DNA from: Minutocellus sp. GHC0000111
Taxonomy: Eukaryota
Reading direction: 5' to 3'
Length of the DNA stretch: 64,000 nt
Assembly (NCBI GenBank): GCA_977018835.1
Contig: OZ361258.1
Coordinates: 62,001-126,000, forward strand
In this document: positions 11,769 to 24,560 of the stretch, in pieces
Layout of the letters: each line of letters begins with the position of its first letter
Numbering within the stretch: the first letter of the stretch is position 1
Translations under genes and position numbers: made by a program
Notes under the pieces: model-generated
Database searches by the model: none
The model's input: the letters and a program-made list of their open reading frames with translations, nothing else
What the model was told of the DNA's origin: nothing

Positions 11769-13805
11769 TCACTCCAAGCCAGAGAGTTTGATATCATCGA
11801 TGAAAATATTATCACCATTACCCGATGCATCGCACCTGAATCTCAAGCGGATGGTGCTGATGGACGACGCATCAAGATCTTGAGCCACAAAATACCAACG
11901 ATCGTTATCAAAGTCGATGCTTTGGGCCCAAGAATTGATGACCAATCCCTCCATCTGTAGAATATTCGAGGAAAAAATCTTCCTTCGGACTATCCATTGA
12001 GCGTGCATAATACCAAAATTCTACACGGAGGGTGTGATACTGTGAAACGGAAATGTCGCTGGTGTAGACAGACGAAGCCATACCGGAATTATCCCTCAAT
12101 TTGATCGAGCCAAGTCCACTGTGGGTGTATACTCCGCCGCCACCATATCGGCGGGCATCGCCATCACCAGGAAGGCCATCGACCCAATTACCCCACTGAT
12201 TTGGAGCCTCGAAATCATTGTAAAATATTTCTGCCCAAATTCTTCCCGGCGATGATGTGGGCTGGCTTGCAGGGGCAAGGGTAGGGAGCGAAGGTGATGG
12301 AACCTGAGAAGGCTGGAAGGTTGGTGATTTCGTCGGCGGTAGAGTAGAGATTGGGGATGATGTCACAATGGTAGGACTTTTCGTAGGCAGCTGCGTTGGA
12401 CCAGACGAGGGATTAGACGAGTGCTCCTGACTTGGCCATGCACTCGGTGAGATGGATGGTAGCGGTGTTGGACTCGTAGACGGTAGAGAAGATGGTCTTG
12501 TGGTCGGCGAAGCCGTGCTTGGACTCACCGATGGCTCAAAGGTATCGTCACTTTCTGGTTCTGATCTACCAATACAAAATTCAAACGTATCCTGCAACCC
12601 AAAGGCACCGCCATTATGTATTTCTAATCCATCAACCAGAATTCTGTAACCACCGTTGCCATACTGGCAACACATTCCGTCGCCCCAGGCATCCTTGATA
12701 ACGAACGTGAAGCAGGGATGGGTACAAATGGTCTCCTGGACGGTGAAGGATGAACTCGAGGCATAACCGTTGCCTGAAGCAACAAGCTCGGATAGATCGG
12801 ACGAGAAGAGCTCCCAGGATGTTTCGGCGCCGTAGTTATCGGTCTCAAGGATGAGCTCAAAGGAAGAAGATCCCTCGATAGGTGAATAAAGGCAACCAGC
12901 GTTGGAGTCGCAAGAGTCAAGAGTACAAACGTTGTCGTCACTGCAAGTGATTGGTGTTGAGGCACAAGCATCGTCAACGCAAGTGTCCAAAGTACAAGCG
13001 TCACCGTCGTCGCAGGTACTTCCACCACACTCTTGCGTCGGTACCTCATGCGTCGGAAGGACGCAGGTGCCCCGAGAAGACACGTGCTGGTACATCGTTT
13101 CGGCTACACGGCTGGGGTTGGTATTAATTGCTCCTGGCAGATCAATATCGATCCACTTGCCCTGATCATCACGATGTCCACCAAACGTGTAGGACACCTT
13201 CGACATGCCACCGCACTGGTGGCAATAGCTCATCAAGGTAGAAGATCCATCGGGGACATTACCAGGGCATTGATTTCCACATGTATCAACTTTAGGCGAA
13301 TAGGCCGAGCTGTGCGTGTGGTGAGATCCAAAATTGCGCTGCAATAAATGGGAAAGATAAATAAATGTATCGTGTGAAGGAAATAAATGTGAGTTCGAAT
13401 CGAAAGGAAATAATGAATTACACGCTGAAAGCATATACATAGGTCTTAACTCACACCCAATTCGTGCGCCACCACCGTTAAGTCCCACACAGTAGAAGCT
13501 CCGAGCTCGTTAAAGGTTCCGGCTAGGTTGGCACTGAGGCCGAATCCGTAATCGGAATTGCACAGCGCTCCAACATTGGCGATGCCACCTCCAAGATCCT
13601 TGGCTAAGAGGGCATGATGGAGGTCCACATTCTCGGAGTGCCACTCCGAACCAGCAAAGGTAGAGACCTGCACCGTTGGGTTGGCCTTGGCATAATCAAC
13701 GATCCGACCCGACGAGATGAAGTCCCGGATGCGCCGGGACGAACCGCCGTGCTCGCAGTACGCCAGCGTGAGCTTCTGCAGCTGCTTGACTCCTCTGGTG
13801 GCCAT
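11769..13805 (-). pseudogene. Chimeric pseudogene: N-terminal ~47 aa of mitochondrial ribosomal protein mL43 fused to the C-terminal part of an M12B/reprolysin-like metalloprotease; intron 13339-13454
   Basis: MATRGVKQLQKLTLAYCEHGGSSRRIRDF (mL43-like) runs into DLHHALL..LGGGIA.VG.LC and AHELG|RNFGSHHTH; followed by C.DD..CTLD.C repeats, a TDNYG.ETSW/D.WGDGMCC.YG.G.Y module, a PTxxP linker and a C-terminal beta domain frameshifted near 11945. Confidence 0.8.
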
Positions 13806-14147
13806 TGTGAATCAATTATCAATCCGACTTTCGACTGAATTATCGAACCGCGTTTGGCGAAAATGGAGTTGATGAGATGCAGAGATGTCAGAGGCGTTTC
13901 TCTTTCCTGGTCAATATCGATCGCAGAGACCGATACAACAATATGAAGCACAGCAAATGCTACGGAATAATAAAGGTGCGCGTGGTCTGGTACACGCGAT
14001 GCAGGCAGAGGCAAGCGGCGTTCGTTCAATGGTCGTCATGGTCGGTCGGTCGGTCAGGAGTCAGGTCTGTCCTCTGTCCGTCGTGCTCCTCTGGCCCCAG
14101 AGTTCCCAAAACGCAAAACGCACAAAACATGTCCACACCGCCCAGCC

Positions 14148-14894
14148 ATGAGAGCGATCGCTGCCATCCTGATAGGTCTATGCCTCGCATTGGTACGTCA
14201 AATGATTCCTCGTACAGTCAAATGCGTGCTGTTGAGTGCTTTCGCCGCTTTTACAGCTGTAGCATAAGATGATATCCTCATCCTTCTGCTTTTCACTCGC
14301 CACGTCGATACACAATATATATTGTAGCCCATCGAAGCTGGTCTCTTTGGCAAGAAGAACAAGGACAAACAGACGGAAGCAAACAATGAAGAAAACCCAT
14401 TGGCAACAGATGCATCGCCACTTATCGACCTTGATGATCCTGAACTGGTTGGGGCCATGGAGGCCTTCGCCCTGATGTCTCCCGAGGAAGCAGAGGAGGC
14501 ATTCGCCGAGGTGATCGAAATGCTCGGTGAAGACAAGGACGATCCCGAGATGCTGGAGGCGATACAAGAGGTGATGCGAGAGATGGAGAGCATGAACAGC
14601 GGTGCCGACGTGAAGGCCCGGCTCTCGTCCATGACCCTGGAGGAAGAGATAGCGGAGGCGACGGAGATGGCACTGGAAATGATAAGCACATCTCAGTGGG
14701 AGGTCATCTACAACAAACGGGAGGATATATTGGATTCGGTGATTGCATCGGGCAAGATAAGTGCCACGGATGCAGCCCTTTACAAGAGTGATGCTGCGGC
14801 TTGGGAGGAGGAATTGAAGTATATATGGGACGAGTTGCAGACTCAGGCCAAGGATTCTGATAAGACGAAAAAGGCAAAATCAGAGGAGTTGTGA
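14148..14894 (+). CDS. Signal-peptide-bearing acidic helical protein (DP/STI1-like motifs), C-terminal SEEL; intron 14193-14327
   Basis: Exon 1 MRAIAAILIGLCLAL|gtacgt...tag|PIEAGLFGKK is in frame with ORF 14400-14894; DDPEL/DDPEM motifs. Confidence 0.7.
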
Positions 14895-15251
14895 ATTTTG
14901 AACCGTGTGCCGAGCGCAAGTGAATGTGGGAGTGTGGCTTCGAAAGTCTTTTGAGCAGTGAGACCGACCGAGAGCGAGGAGAAAGTCTATTTCCCTTTGT
15001 TCCTACAAAGAGTTTTGAATGTGGCCATTACGCATTTGGCACAGTCTCTTTCTACCGTTGACTTCTCATGAAAGTCCTTCAATACTTTGAGTGAGGGAAA
15101 AACGGCCACCACATTCGATTCGATTCATTACCAAATGCACTGTTTTGTACGCTGGGACAAAAGTCATCGTTGCAATTGAGCCACTGGATCAGCTCACTTT
15201 TCCAAGTCAGTCGATCGAACAAACGATATCATTGCACGGAAAAATAAAACC

Positions 15252-18200
15252 ATGTTGACGTCTGGCTCCGCTCTTAACAGTTCTACCCAGCGCAACGTCT
15301 CGGGTCATGTCTCCTCAAATGCCGCTGCGAAAACCCCATCTTATGGCGGCGCCACAATTGTGGAGAAGGTGAGAAGGAGCGACGTAATATTTGCTTTCAT
15401 TACTGGTAATAACGATGTGGAAATGCTACGTACTATCTTCTATTGACTATCGCTGACATAAAAAAATCGAATACTTTCTACGAATAAATTTGGCCGAGCA
15501 GGGCATTTCTTATCATTCCAACCCTGCCAAAAAGACCACCGTCCAGCTGAAGTTGTCGCTCATATCTCCTCAGGAATTTACCATCCTTTCCCATGACTCG
15601 ATGGGGATCCCTTCTGGCGATCGCATCGTCATCGAGAAGTTCCGGTCTGCGATCGAAGACATTGCTTCCGCACATGGCGGTGCCACTATCGAGAACCCAA
15701 GCGGCGGCGATGATAACGACGAGCTATTGGGAAGAACTCGCATGAGAATCCCTCTCAAGTGTTACGACCAGGTGGCGATCTTCCTGGAACGCCGAGGTGA
15801 CGTGGAACTGGAAGGTATCCCCGAGGCCCATCGCAAGCTTGCTGAACTCCATTTTCAGACGCAGGGAGACGGAGAGTATCCCGAGTCATCCGAGCTTGCA
15901 GAGAAGGGCGTCCCTGAACACCTGGCTTCGACGCTTACTGGCTATCAGAGGCAAGGCGTTGCTTTTGTTCTATCGAGAGATGGAAAAGGTGAGTTACACC
16001 ATGACGAAATTCAGTTCATTTGTGTTTGCTCTTCTTCCAAAATCTTTTCATCATTCATTCCGCCCCGACCCATTATTTTGAATTTGTGATCGCGACTGTT
16101 TCATGGGATTATAGCTTTGATTGCCGACGATATGGGACTTGGCAAGACAATCCAGGTGAGATCTATAAGGACGGAGGGACGGATTCTTCCCGGTAATATT
16201 CATTTTTGCCACGACTCTCTCCACTCACGTTTTGCATTGCTTAAAATGTGCCTTACCAACTTTTTCATTCGACGTCATTTTCAGAGTATTGCCTCGATGT
16301 CGGCGTATGCCTCTGAGTGGCCTTTGCTCGTTTTGAGCATTAGTTCTGCTCGCTTTAACTGGGAGGTTGAGTTCCTCAAGTGGTTGGGTAAGAACGACGA
16401 CGAAACCTCCACCCCACGTGCCGATCACGATGCCCTCGTCGAGAAGGACGACATCCAAGTCCTCGAAAGTGGCAAGGAGAAGATCCGTCGCGATGCCAAG
16501 GTTGTGATCTGTTCCTATGGACTTCTGGCGACCATGATCACGAAGAAGCGAATTAAGACCGACACCTTCAACTGCATCATTGTTGACGAGAGTCATATGC
16601 TCAAGAACATGAAAGCGAAGCGCACCGAGGCTTCACTACCAATCCTCAAGGCTGCTACACGAACAATACTTCTCTCTTGTACGCCAGCATTCAAGAACCC
16701 TCAAGAGCTGTATCCCCAACTCTCAGTCCTCTCGGATTACTGGTCAGATTACCAGGCTTATAAGGAGCAGTACTGCTACAAATCGTCTACTTCTGTCGGC
16801 GGCAACAACTTGCTTACCCTTCACGCCCTCGTTTCATCGACCGTGATGATTCGCCGGCGCAAGGCCGATGTTCTCGCCGACGCTCTACCTGAGAAGACTA
16901 GAGAGATTTCTCATGTTACAGTTTCGGACAAGGTAGCACGGGAGCATCTGGATGGACTGATGGACAAGTTACGAGATACCAAGGGGTCGCTTGGAGAGGT
17001 CGCGAGGGTCCTGCAGAAGAAGAATTCTCATGATACTTTTGTGTCGGCAACGGTAGTGACGATGACATGAGATACCTCGAGGCAGCTCTGACAAACATTG
17101 CTATTGAGGGTGAAGAGAAAGACTTTGATTCAATGATTTCCTTTCTGCCCAAACTATTCGAGCTTACCGGGCGAGTCAAAGTCCCAGTAGTGACCTCTCA
17201 GCTTATTGGTGAGTCGAATGTTTTGAGTTGACTTGAGTCATGCGAACTGATTTTCTTCAGATGCATGCACGTACGTTGTTGGAACATTATCATGCGATTC
17301 TAACACATTTGTATCTGAATTTTCAACCTTCACTACTCAGCCTGGTTAAATGAGAACGAAGGCAAGAAAATCATTGTCTTTGCTCATCACCAATCCGTCC
17401 TAAACAAGATCGAGGAGTCTATTAAAGCGATTAAAAGAATTAGGATTGACGGCTCGACGAATCCCAAGGTAAAATTTTTAATTGGATCTTGATGAGTAAG
17501 CTCCCTTCAAGTACTTGGGTATGGCTCGAAGCTATTGATCTCGCTTTACCTAACTAACTCCATTTGTATACTCAAATCAATTTCTATGTGTATCTATCAG
17601 AAACGCCAAGATTATGTCAAGCAATTCCAGAACGACCCCCGTGTCAGAGTTGCTTTGCTCAGCACTACCGCAGCTGGCGTTGCTATCACGCTTACAGCAT
17701 CGTCGTGTGTCTGGTTTGCAGAGCTGTATTGGACTCCTGGCCTACTTATCCAGGCCGAAGATCGTTGTCACCGAATTGGACAGAAGGAGGACGTTACTGT
17801 TAACTATTTCGTGGCGAACGATACCCTCGATGATGGTAAGTCTGCCTGAAATAAATGCAATAGGTATTGGCCGGGAATAGGTTTGATTGATGGTCTCACC
17901 TCTCACAAATTGTTGTCATATTTCTGCACTTAGTTCTATGGAAGCTTGCGGTTCGGAAGTTCATAGCTGTAGGAGAAATGGTTGACGGTTCGTCAAAGGC
18001 CATCGAAATCAACGATCATGATGAGGCGCTTCTCCTTGACGTTTCTCTCGCGCTGGAATCCTTCTTCATGGATAACGAGTCTTCGCTAGAAGATTTCATC
18101 GTTGATGACGACGACGCTGAAGACTGGGGTACTGCTGCTAAGAAAAGAAGATATGTTGATGTCTCCCCATCCAAGTCGGTCGAATTCGCCCCACTCGACG

Positions 18201-18319
18201 ATGGTAGTGAGTCCGAGGGATCGTTCGATTCCGCCAATCTGACTGATGATGATGATATCGAAGACGAAAGCGACGACAATGACTCAGTTGAGAGCGATCC
18301 TGATGATTACCTCTATTAA
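15252..18319 (+). CDS. SNF2-family helicase, SMARCAL1/ZRANB3-like, multi-exon; apparent frameshift at 17037-17040
   Basis: YQRQGV, IADDMGLGKTIQ, IIVDESH, LLSCTPA, MIRRRK, KIIVFAHH, RIDGST, AAGVAITLTASS, FAELYWTPGLLIQAEDRCHRIGQ; several GT-AG introns. Confidence 0.85.
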
Positions 18320-18805
18320 AAATAAATCGCGCCAGCGATCCTCTCAAGAAGTTGAGTAGAAGCGAAGAGCTGGACGAAGATAGAGGATTACCTTCCCACC
18401 TGTCTTACCTCCTTAGGAAAGAGAATATATTTTTCTCGTCTTTCCCCTCAGCTTCTTTGCAGCACCGAAACAAAATTATAATAGGTCTAATAATCGTACC
18501 AATTAGTATTCTACCACTTGCTTGTAGAGCAAATTATTTGAATGTATACCTACGTTCCTACAACATAAAACCACAAGTAATCACCGATCAAACACAATGC
18601 ATATATATATAATATAAATTATCCCAATCATGAAGAGGAAGGAAGCTGTGCTGTTGTACCGACGATGGATTTCAGAAACATAAAATATAGTGTCCCCTCA
18701 CCAACCGGTGCAGCTACACAATGAAAAGCAAGGCGGGCTTCAACCAACGACTTTCCATCATAATGCCTTCTTTTCATCCACTACTTTTTTCAGGCGCTCA
18801 ATCTC

Positions 18806-20823
18806 TCATGCCTGTTCTTGTATCATCTGCTGCAATTCTGGTAAGGTCATACTCTGTGCCCGTTTGTCAGCGGCTGTTGACTGTGGCCTTTGACTTGAAC
18901 TATTTTCCCCATTGCTTCTTCGCTCAGGTGGCGGTGGTGTTACGGCCTTTTCTTGATTCTTTCCCGAACCCGAACCAGATAAATTTCGAGGATGACTGGT
19001 TTCCATGTCGGCCGGAGCTTCTTTCACGATGCTCAATTGAGCTTCATACGAGCGACGGAATTTATCAGCATCCCAGTAATGATCTGGGTGGTAGCCAGAG
19101 AGCATGGTGATCAGGGACTCGTTGAATTGGGCCAAAAAGGTGCAAGAGGAATGTCGTTGGGTATATTTCGGAATGGATTCTCGAGCTCCTTGGCAACTTC
19201 ATGAAGACCAAATAGACACGTCACCGTCAGAAATGTCAAGAGACAGCCCAACCAGATCAAACCCGTGAATTCCGTCATTAGGAGCGGGACAACGAAGACC
19301 AATGTTGCTGTGAAAACAGCAGTAAGCTGAGCATGGGGAAATGGGAAGGGGATAAACATAATCTTCCGCGCATGGTTGTAGTGGATCATACCATCAGAAA
19401 GGAATTGGAAGATACGCGAAATGATGGGCGGACCGACGGCACCTAAACTGCCTGCTAGGTGTTCTCGAATGATGAACTCCGAGAGCCAACCCCACGCAAT
19501 GGTCGTCTTTGCCGACGCACCTCGTGACTTTTGCAGAAAGGCAATTTCATTCTCCGAAACTCCACCAATAACCGGCATCGGCCGGGTACGATTGAACTCT
19601 GTCCGTGCCTTTTGTGTCCGATCCATCCCGAACCAGAATTTGATATTCTTGGCCAACATCCAAGTAGGGATCCAGCCGGCATGCGGACGGGGAATTTTGT
19701 CGGCATCCACTTCCGGCCATTTCTCACCGGGATGATAGGTGGAAAGGGGCGAGGCGGCACCCTCAACATCATTCCGCAGAGTACAAAAGGCAACCGCCAC
19801 ACAGAGACTGGCAAGATGACACAACTCCTGAAGGAACAGGTCGGGCGTCCGTCCACCTCGAGTCGATGAGAAGCCATGGGCCAATGGATTTTTCTTATCA
19901 ATGAACGGCTCATCACTTTTCATATCATAGAAGGTGGACGTCGGACCGCGGATCTTGTCATCTCTGAAGAGCAGACCCCACCCACCGTCCAACCTGCCCC
20001 GACCCAAAAGGTGGGCCGTGCCCGACATATCCATCTCCGAGGCCCAATCTCTGTCCGACCCTTCGTTCAAATCGATGGCATCCGACGACAGCAAAACATC
20101 AGCGTACGTTCGATTGGTCCTGCCCAGATAATTCCCACCCGGGTAGCCCAAACTGGAAATATCACCAAGGGACTGCACCTTCGTCCGACGTCGTCCGGGC
20201 CGGTCCACATATTCAATGCTTTTGGCCACCTTTCGCCGCCGACTTTGCATGTCCGCCTCGTGACGGCTCATCCCACCACTGCCCGTCCGACGGTTGTTCA
20301 GCTTCCGCCCGCCACTCCCGGTACCAGCAGTCGCGCTCTCGGCACTGGTCGCACGAGATCGCGGCGAATTCGGCGGACTGGGCAGGTCCATCGCATCATC
20401 GTCACGTTCGAGATCCCTCGTGAGGTGATACCGATTCAACTCGTGATGGTCAAAGTACGACGGTGGCTTGATGCCATTGAAATGCTTGCACTGCAGATGG
20501 TACTGACCGGTGTGAATGACCGCATCGAGCCACTTGGACATCATGGTGTGGACAGCCCCGCATGCATCCCAGTAGCGCTGGTAGGAGTTGTTGGCACGGA
20601 AGATGATGATGAAGGATACCGCACTGACCAAGACTCCAGCCGCGTACGGATGACGGAGCGGCTTTTCCTCGTCGACGTACGTGTTGCTCACATCCCACAC
20701 CGTGGCGAGGAGCAGATAAACAACGATGGAAAGCAGACCGGGCAGGATGGCCTTGTAGGTCGCCGACCCGTGAGCTCTGGCCAGCAGGTTCAGCGAGTAG
20801 GCTCCCTTGTAATACTCAATCAT
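18806..20823 (-). CDS. Bestrophin-like (UPF0187) channel; apparent 1-bp frameshift near 19144
   Basis: FRANNSYQRYWDA, PFPFPHAQL, GLHEVAKELENPFRNIPNDIPL; adding one T gives PLCTFLAQFNESLITM, joining ORF 18806-19135. Confidence 0.85.
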
Positions 20824-21463
20824 GATGCAAAGCAGTGGCCACGGCGATTATTATTCAATTGCTGAGCGTCAGAAAAGTTGCTTTTCAGCCCGAGAAAGCA
20901 CTGGGCTGCACCAAGCAAACGAGCGCAAATGCAAAATAAATGAGCACGAGTTGTGCAATTTTTGGCCGGTGCGAGAATGACCTTCTCGATCAGCCACAGT
21001 TGACCCTTTCTCCTCAAACAAATGGAAGAGAGCTACCGGCAGCGGATATCTCTATCTCTGAGCAAGGATGAAGAGGCAAATGCGGATCAATTCCACGATG
21101 TTCCAGCCCACGAACTGCCACGATACACGATGCACGCAACCACGCTGAGCTTGCGTTTGACTTGAGAAATCAAACGGCCCTTCAAGTCGTCCATACTCCT
21201 GAAGTCTATATAGGAGGTTTTTATCTCAAATCTCAAAACCATTCCCGTCAAAACTGTGGCTCAAAACGCATTTAGGTTCACATCTATTCGTATGCGACGC
21301 ACTTAAACACGTCATAGGCCGACGACACGTGATTTTGGCGCCAAATGCACACGCACGAAACCGCGCCGAGGAACGCGTCTGCGTCCTTGCTTTTCTTTGC
21401 TCCACCCGCCTGTCATTCTTCTTTATCCGGTACCCAATCAACCGACCCCACCCTTCGTTGACC

Positions 21464-22648
21464 ATGAAGATCGCTCTCTCCCTCGCCACCATCTCGGCCG
21501 TCGCCGCCTTCGCCCCCACCGCCTTCAACGGCGCCCGCGTCTCGGCCCCCGCCTCCTCCTCGAGCCTCAACATGGCTCTCGAGGCCGGCCAGACCCCCAT
21601 CGTCATCGGTGTTGCCGCCGACTCTGGCTGCGGTAAGTCCACCTTCATGCGCCGTCTTACCTCCACCTTCGGCGGTGACGTCGTCGGCCCCCTCGGCGGC
21701 GGCTTCGACAACGGTGGATGGGAGACCAACACCCTCGTTTCCGACCTTACCACCGTCATGTGCCTCGATGACTACCATCTCAACGACCGCAATGGCCGCA
21801 AGGAGTCCGGCCTCACCGCCCTCGATGAGCGTGAGAACAACTTCGACCTCATGTACGAGCAGGTCAAGGCCCTGAAGGACGGCGAGACCATCTCCAAGCC
21901 CATCTACAACCACGTCAACGGTACCCTTGACACTCCCGAGACCATTGAGCCCACCCCCATCATCATCATTGAGGGTCTTCACCCCATGCTTGACGAGCGT
22001 GTCCGTGGTCTTCTTGACTTCTCTCTGTACCTTGACATCAGTGACGAGGTCAAGCTGAACTGGAAGATCCAGCGTGATATGGAGGAGCGTGGCCACTCCC
22101 TCGAGTCCATCCTCGCCTCCATCGAGGCCCGTAAGCCCGATTTTGATGCCTACGTCGCCCCCCAGAAGGCTTTCGCCGACCTCACCATCGAGGTCCTCCC
22201 CACCCAGCTCGACCCCGAGGACAAGAAGACCCTCCGCGTCCGTGCCATCCAGATGGAGGGCATCCCCGACTTCAACCCCTGCTACCTCTTCGACGAGGGC
22301 TCCAAGATCACCTGGGAGCCCCCTGCCGAGAAGCTCTCCAGCCCCGCCCCCGGCATCAAGCTCGCCTACGGCCCTGAGGAGTACATGGGCTCCAACTGCC
22401 AGGTCCTCGAGATGGACGGTACCTTCGACAACATCCAGGAGCTCGTCTACGTCGAGTCCCAGCTCTCCAACACCTCCACCAAGTTCTACGGCGAGCTCAC
22501 CCAGGCGATGCTTGCCCTCGCCGACGCCCCCGGCTCCAACAACGGAACCGGCCTCATGCAGACCCTCGCCGCCTTCGCCATCCGCGAGCTTTACGAGAAG
22601 AAGACCGCTGCCGCCAAGAACGCCGCCGCTGCCGCCGTCGAGGCCTAA
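21464..22648 (+). CDS. PRK: Phosphoribulokinase copy 1 (diatom type, intronless, plastid-targeted)
   Basis: VAAFAP presequence; IVIGVAADSGCGKSTFMRR, CLDDYH, KPIYNHVNGTLD, WKIQRDMEERGH, PGSNNGTGLMQT; strongly C-ending codons. Confidence 0.97.
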   Translation: MKIALSLATISAVAAFAPTAFNGARVSAPASSSSLNMALEAGQTPIVIGVAADSGCGKSTFMRRLTSTFGGDVVGPLGGGFDNGGWETNTLVSDLTTVMCLDDYHLNDRNGRKESGLTALDERENNFDLMYEQVKALKDGETISKPIYNHVNGTLDTPETIEPTPIIIIEGLHPMLDERVRGLLDFSLYLDISDEVKLNWKIQRDMEERGHSLESILASIEARKPDFDAYVAPQKAFADLTIEVLPTQLDPEDKKTLRVRAIQMEGIPDFNPCYLFDEGSKITWEPPAEKLSSPAPGIKLAYGPEEYMGSNCQVLEMDGTFDNIQELVYVESQLSNTSTKFYGELTQAMLALADAPGSNNGTGLMQTLAAFAIRELYEKKTAAAKNAAAAAVEA

Positions 22649-22762
22649 GCACAGGGTTCGATTCTTTGGAGGTAGAAACGAACAGAGAGAAGCATGGCGG
22701 ACTGTATAACATGTTCCGACGAAACACTCGCTCGCTCTATTTGATTGCTACCAAAACTTATC

Positions 22763-24242
22763 GAGTGATTTCACGAGAGAGCAGACACCCCCTCCGCGAT
22801 GTTTCGTAAACATTGTACCAACTTCCTTTTATTGATGATCCTTACTCAGAAGGGTTTTGTAGACCATAATCAACAATAAAAGGAAGTTGGTACAATGATC
22901 TTGGTGCACATGATATAGATACGGTATTAGAGTGTTTCTTTTGGTACACTATTGTTTGAAAATTTATTTTTATGTCGTAGAATACACTTGTGCTGTTTCA
23001 AGAAAGAAAAAATACATCAAACTTTATAACGAAACAAAACCCATTTCGTTCAACGAATGGGGCCACAACATGTGTCGCCGACGTGCCTCCCATTGAGAAC
23101 AATCAAGACTACGGGGCACCATACCCTTGTAATAGCCTTTCACAACACTGTGGTGCAGCAGGAGACTTGCAATTACTTTTTTGAGCCTTGAAAAATTCGT
23201 TCGCGTTAGACCCGATTTTTTCGACAGTTTCCGACGTTCCATCACGACCATGTTCGCCCGATGTACAGCACCACCCCGGCCATCGCATACACTCTGACCA
23301 CCTAGATGCCTTCCTGAATATTACTGGAAGGGATTTTTGGGCGATAGCGGTGCGTCGGTGCGTGCCTGTACCGCGAAATGTGGCCCAGCGCCATTACCAC
23401 CCCCATTACACCACCCATCCGAAAGTTGGTCCGGATGCTTTTATGCGGTCCATGCACCACTTCCGTTGCACTGAGCCGTCGACGCTTCACCCATATATAT
23501 ACCAAGCGCATTTGAGTGGGGGGTGGTGGCATTTCTTGACAATTCATAGAGAAAACTATTCCCAAAGTCCCGTGTCTGATGTCGGCACCAGATTTCACCT
23601 TCATTGCTTCTGCCGCCCGAGAGGAACGAAACCGGAGAAAGCGGCCAAACCAACACGTGAGATCGATGGATGTAATATAGAATGAGCATCGTGCGTGCTG
23701 ATATTGCGTGAAGGAACAGTGGTTGAGGCTTGAAGGGGGTTGTAGTTGGGGATTTGCTACTTTCAGATGTTTTTGCTTTCCATGGTGACGGCCACAATGA
23801 TACAAAGATGGGGCCCAATATCGACCCTCTGGCGCAAACTTGCTCCCAATATTACCCAAGTGAAAGTAATGCCGGTCAGGGAGGATTGAAATGGATGTAG
23901 ACAAGCATCAGCCATCATTCTTTGCCATTTTGAGGGTAAAAAAATATTGAAAATTTCTGGGCATGAGGAGATGTTGCTAAAATAGCACATGATGTACGAA
24001 TGAGTTTGCTTTCAAGTATGCAATACTCACCTAACGCATGTAGTTGGCGTATACATCGGTTGGCTTGGAGTTATTTATCGTTATACCATCATTTGGTGGC
24101 CTTCTTGTGGAGATGAATTCTCCTTGCTTTCGCCGTGTTGAGAGAGGCCATTTAGTGGGTTCATTTTTGCGCTGCATAAAGTATCGCACAAAAATGCCTT
24201 ACTATTTACGGCGATTTTGTCGGCGGTCTCGTGGAATCACTC
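22763..24242. mobile_element. Non-autonomous TIR DNA transposon, copy 1 (1480 bp, TSD TATC)
   Basis: Ends GAGTGATTTCACGAGA ... TCTCGTGGAATCACTC (15/16 inverted match); TATC at 22759-22762 and 24243-24246; near-identical copy at 43908-45397. Confidence 0.9.
22811..22897. repeat. Internal inverted repeat of the element (29-bp arms, 1 mismatch)
   Basis: CATTGTACCAACTTCCTTTTATTGATGAT ... ATCAACAATAAAAGGAAGTTGGTACAATG; also at 43956-44042. Confidence 0.9.
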
Positions 24243-24560
24243 TATCGGGAAAAGAAGAACACTTTTAAGGCTTGACATGCTCAATGCGACGGTATGCTTG
24301 CCACTATAGAAAAAAGAAATATTTTTTAACTTACTTTGTTATATTGGTGACTTTGTGTGTACGGGCACTAGATCTATACCGGTAGATCTAGATCTAGTCG
24401 ATGGATGTACCGGCGGCCCTCTACGCGTTTTTGTCAGTCGAGTGAATCATAACTATCGTCACTGCCACTCTGCCGCTACCATGATGATATTCTTCATTCT
24501 TCCACTGTCTTCACTCTTCTTCGCGAATACTGCTTGTAATTGACCCAAGCAATAGCCACC

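Noticed and set aside
21413..22709. Long antisense and alternative-frame ORFs over PRK1 (similar ones overlie other GC-rich genes)
   Set aside because: Expected by-product of strong C-ending codon bias; no protein motifs.
22990..24242. ORFs inside the 1.5-kb element as a transposase
   Set aside because: No DDE or DNA-binding motifs recognised; the ORFs recur only because the DNA is duplicated.
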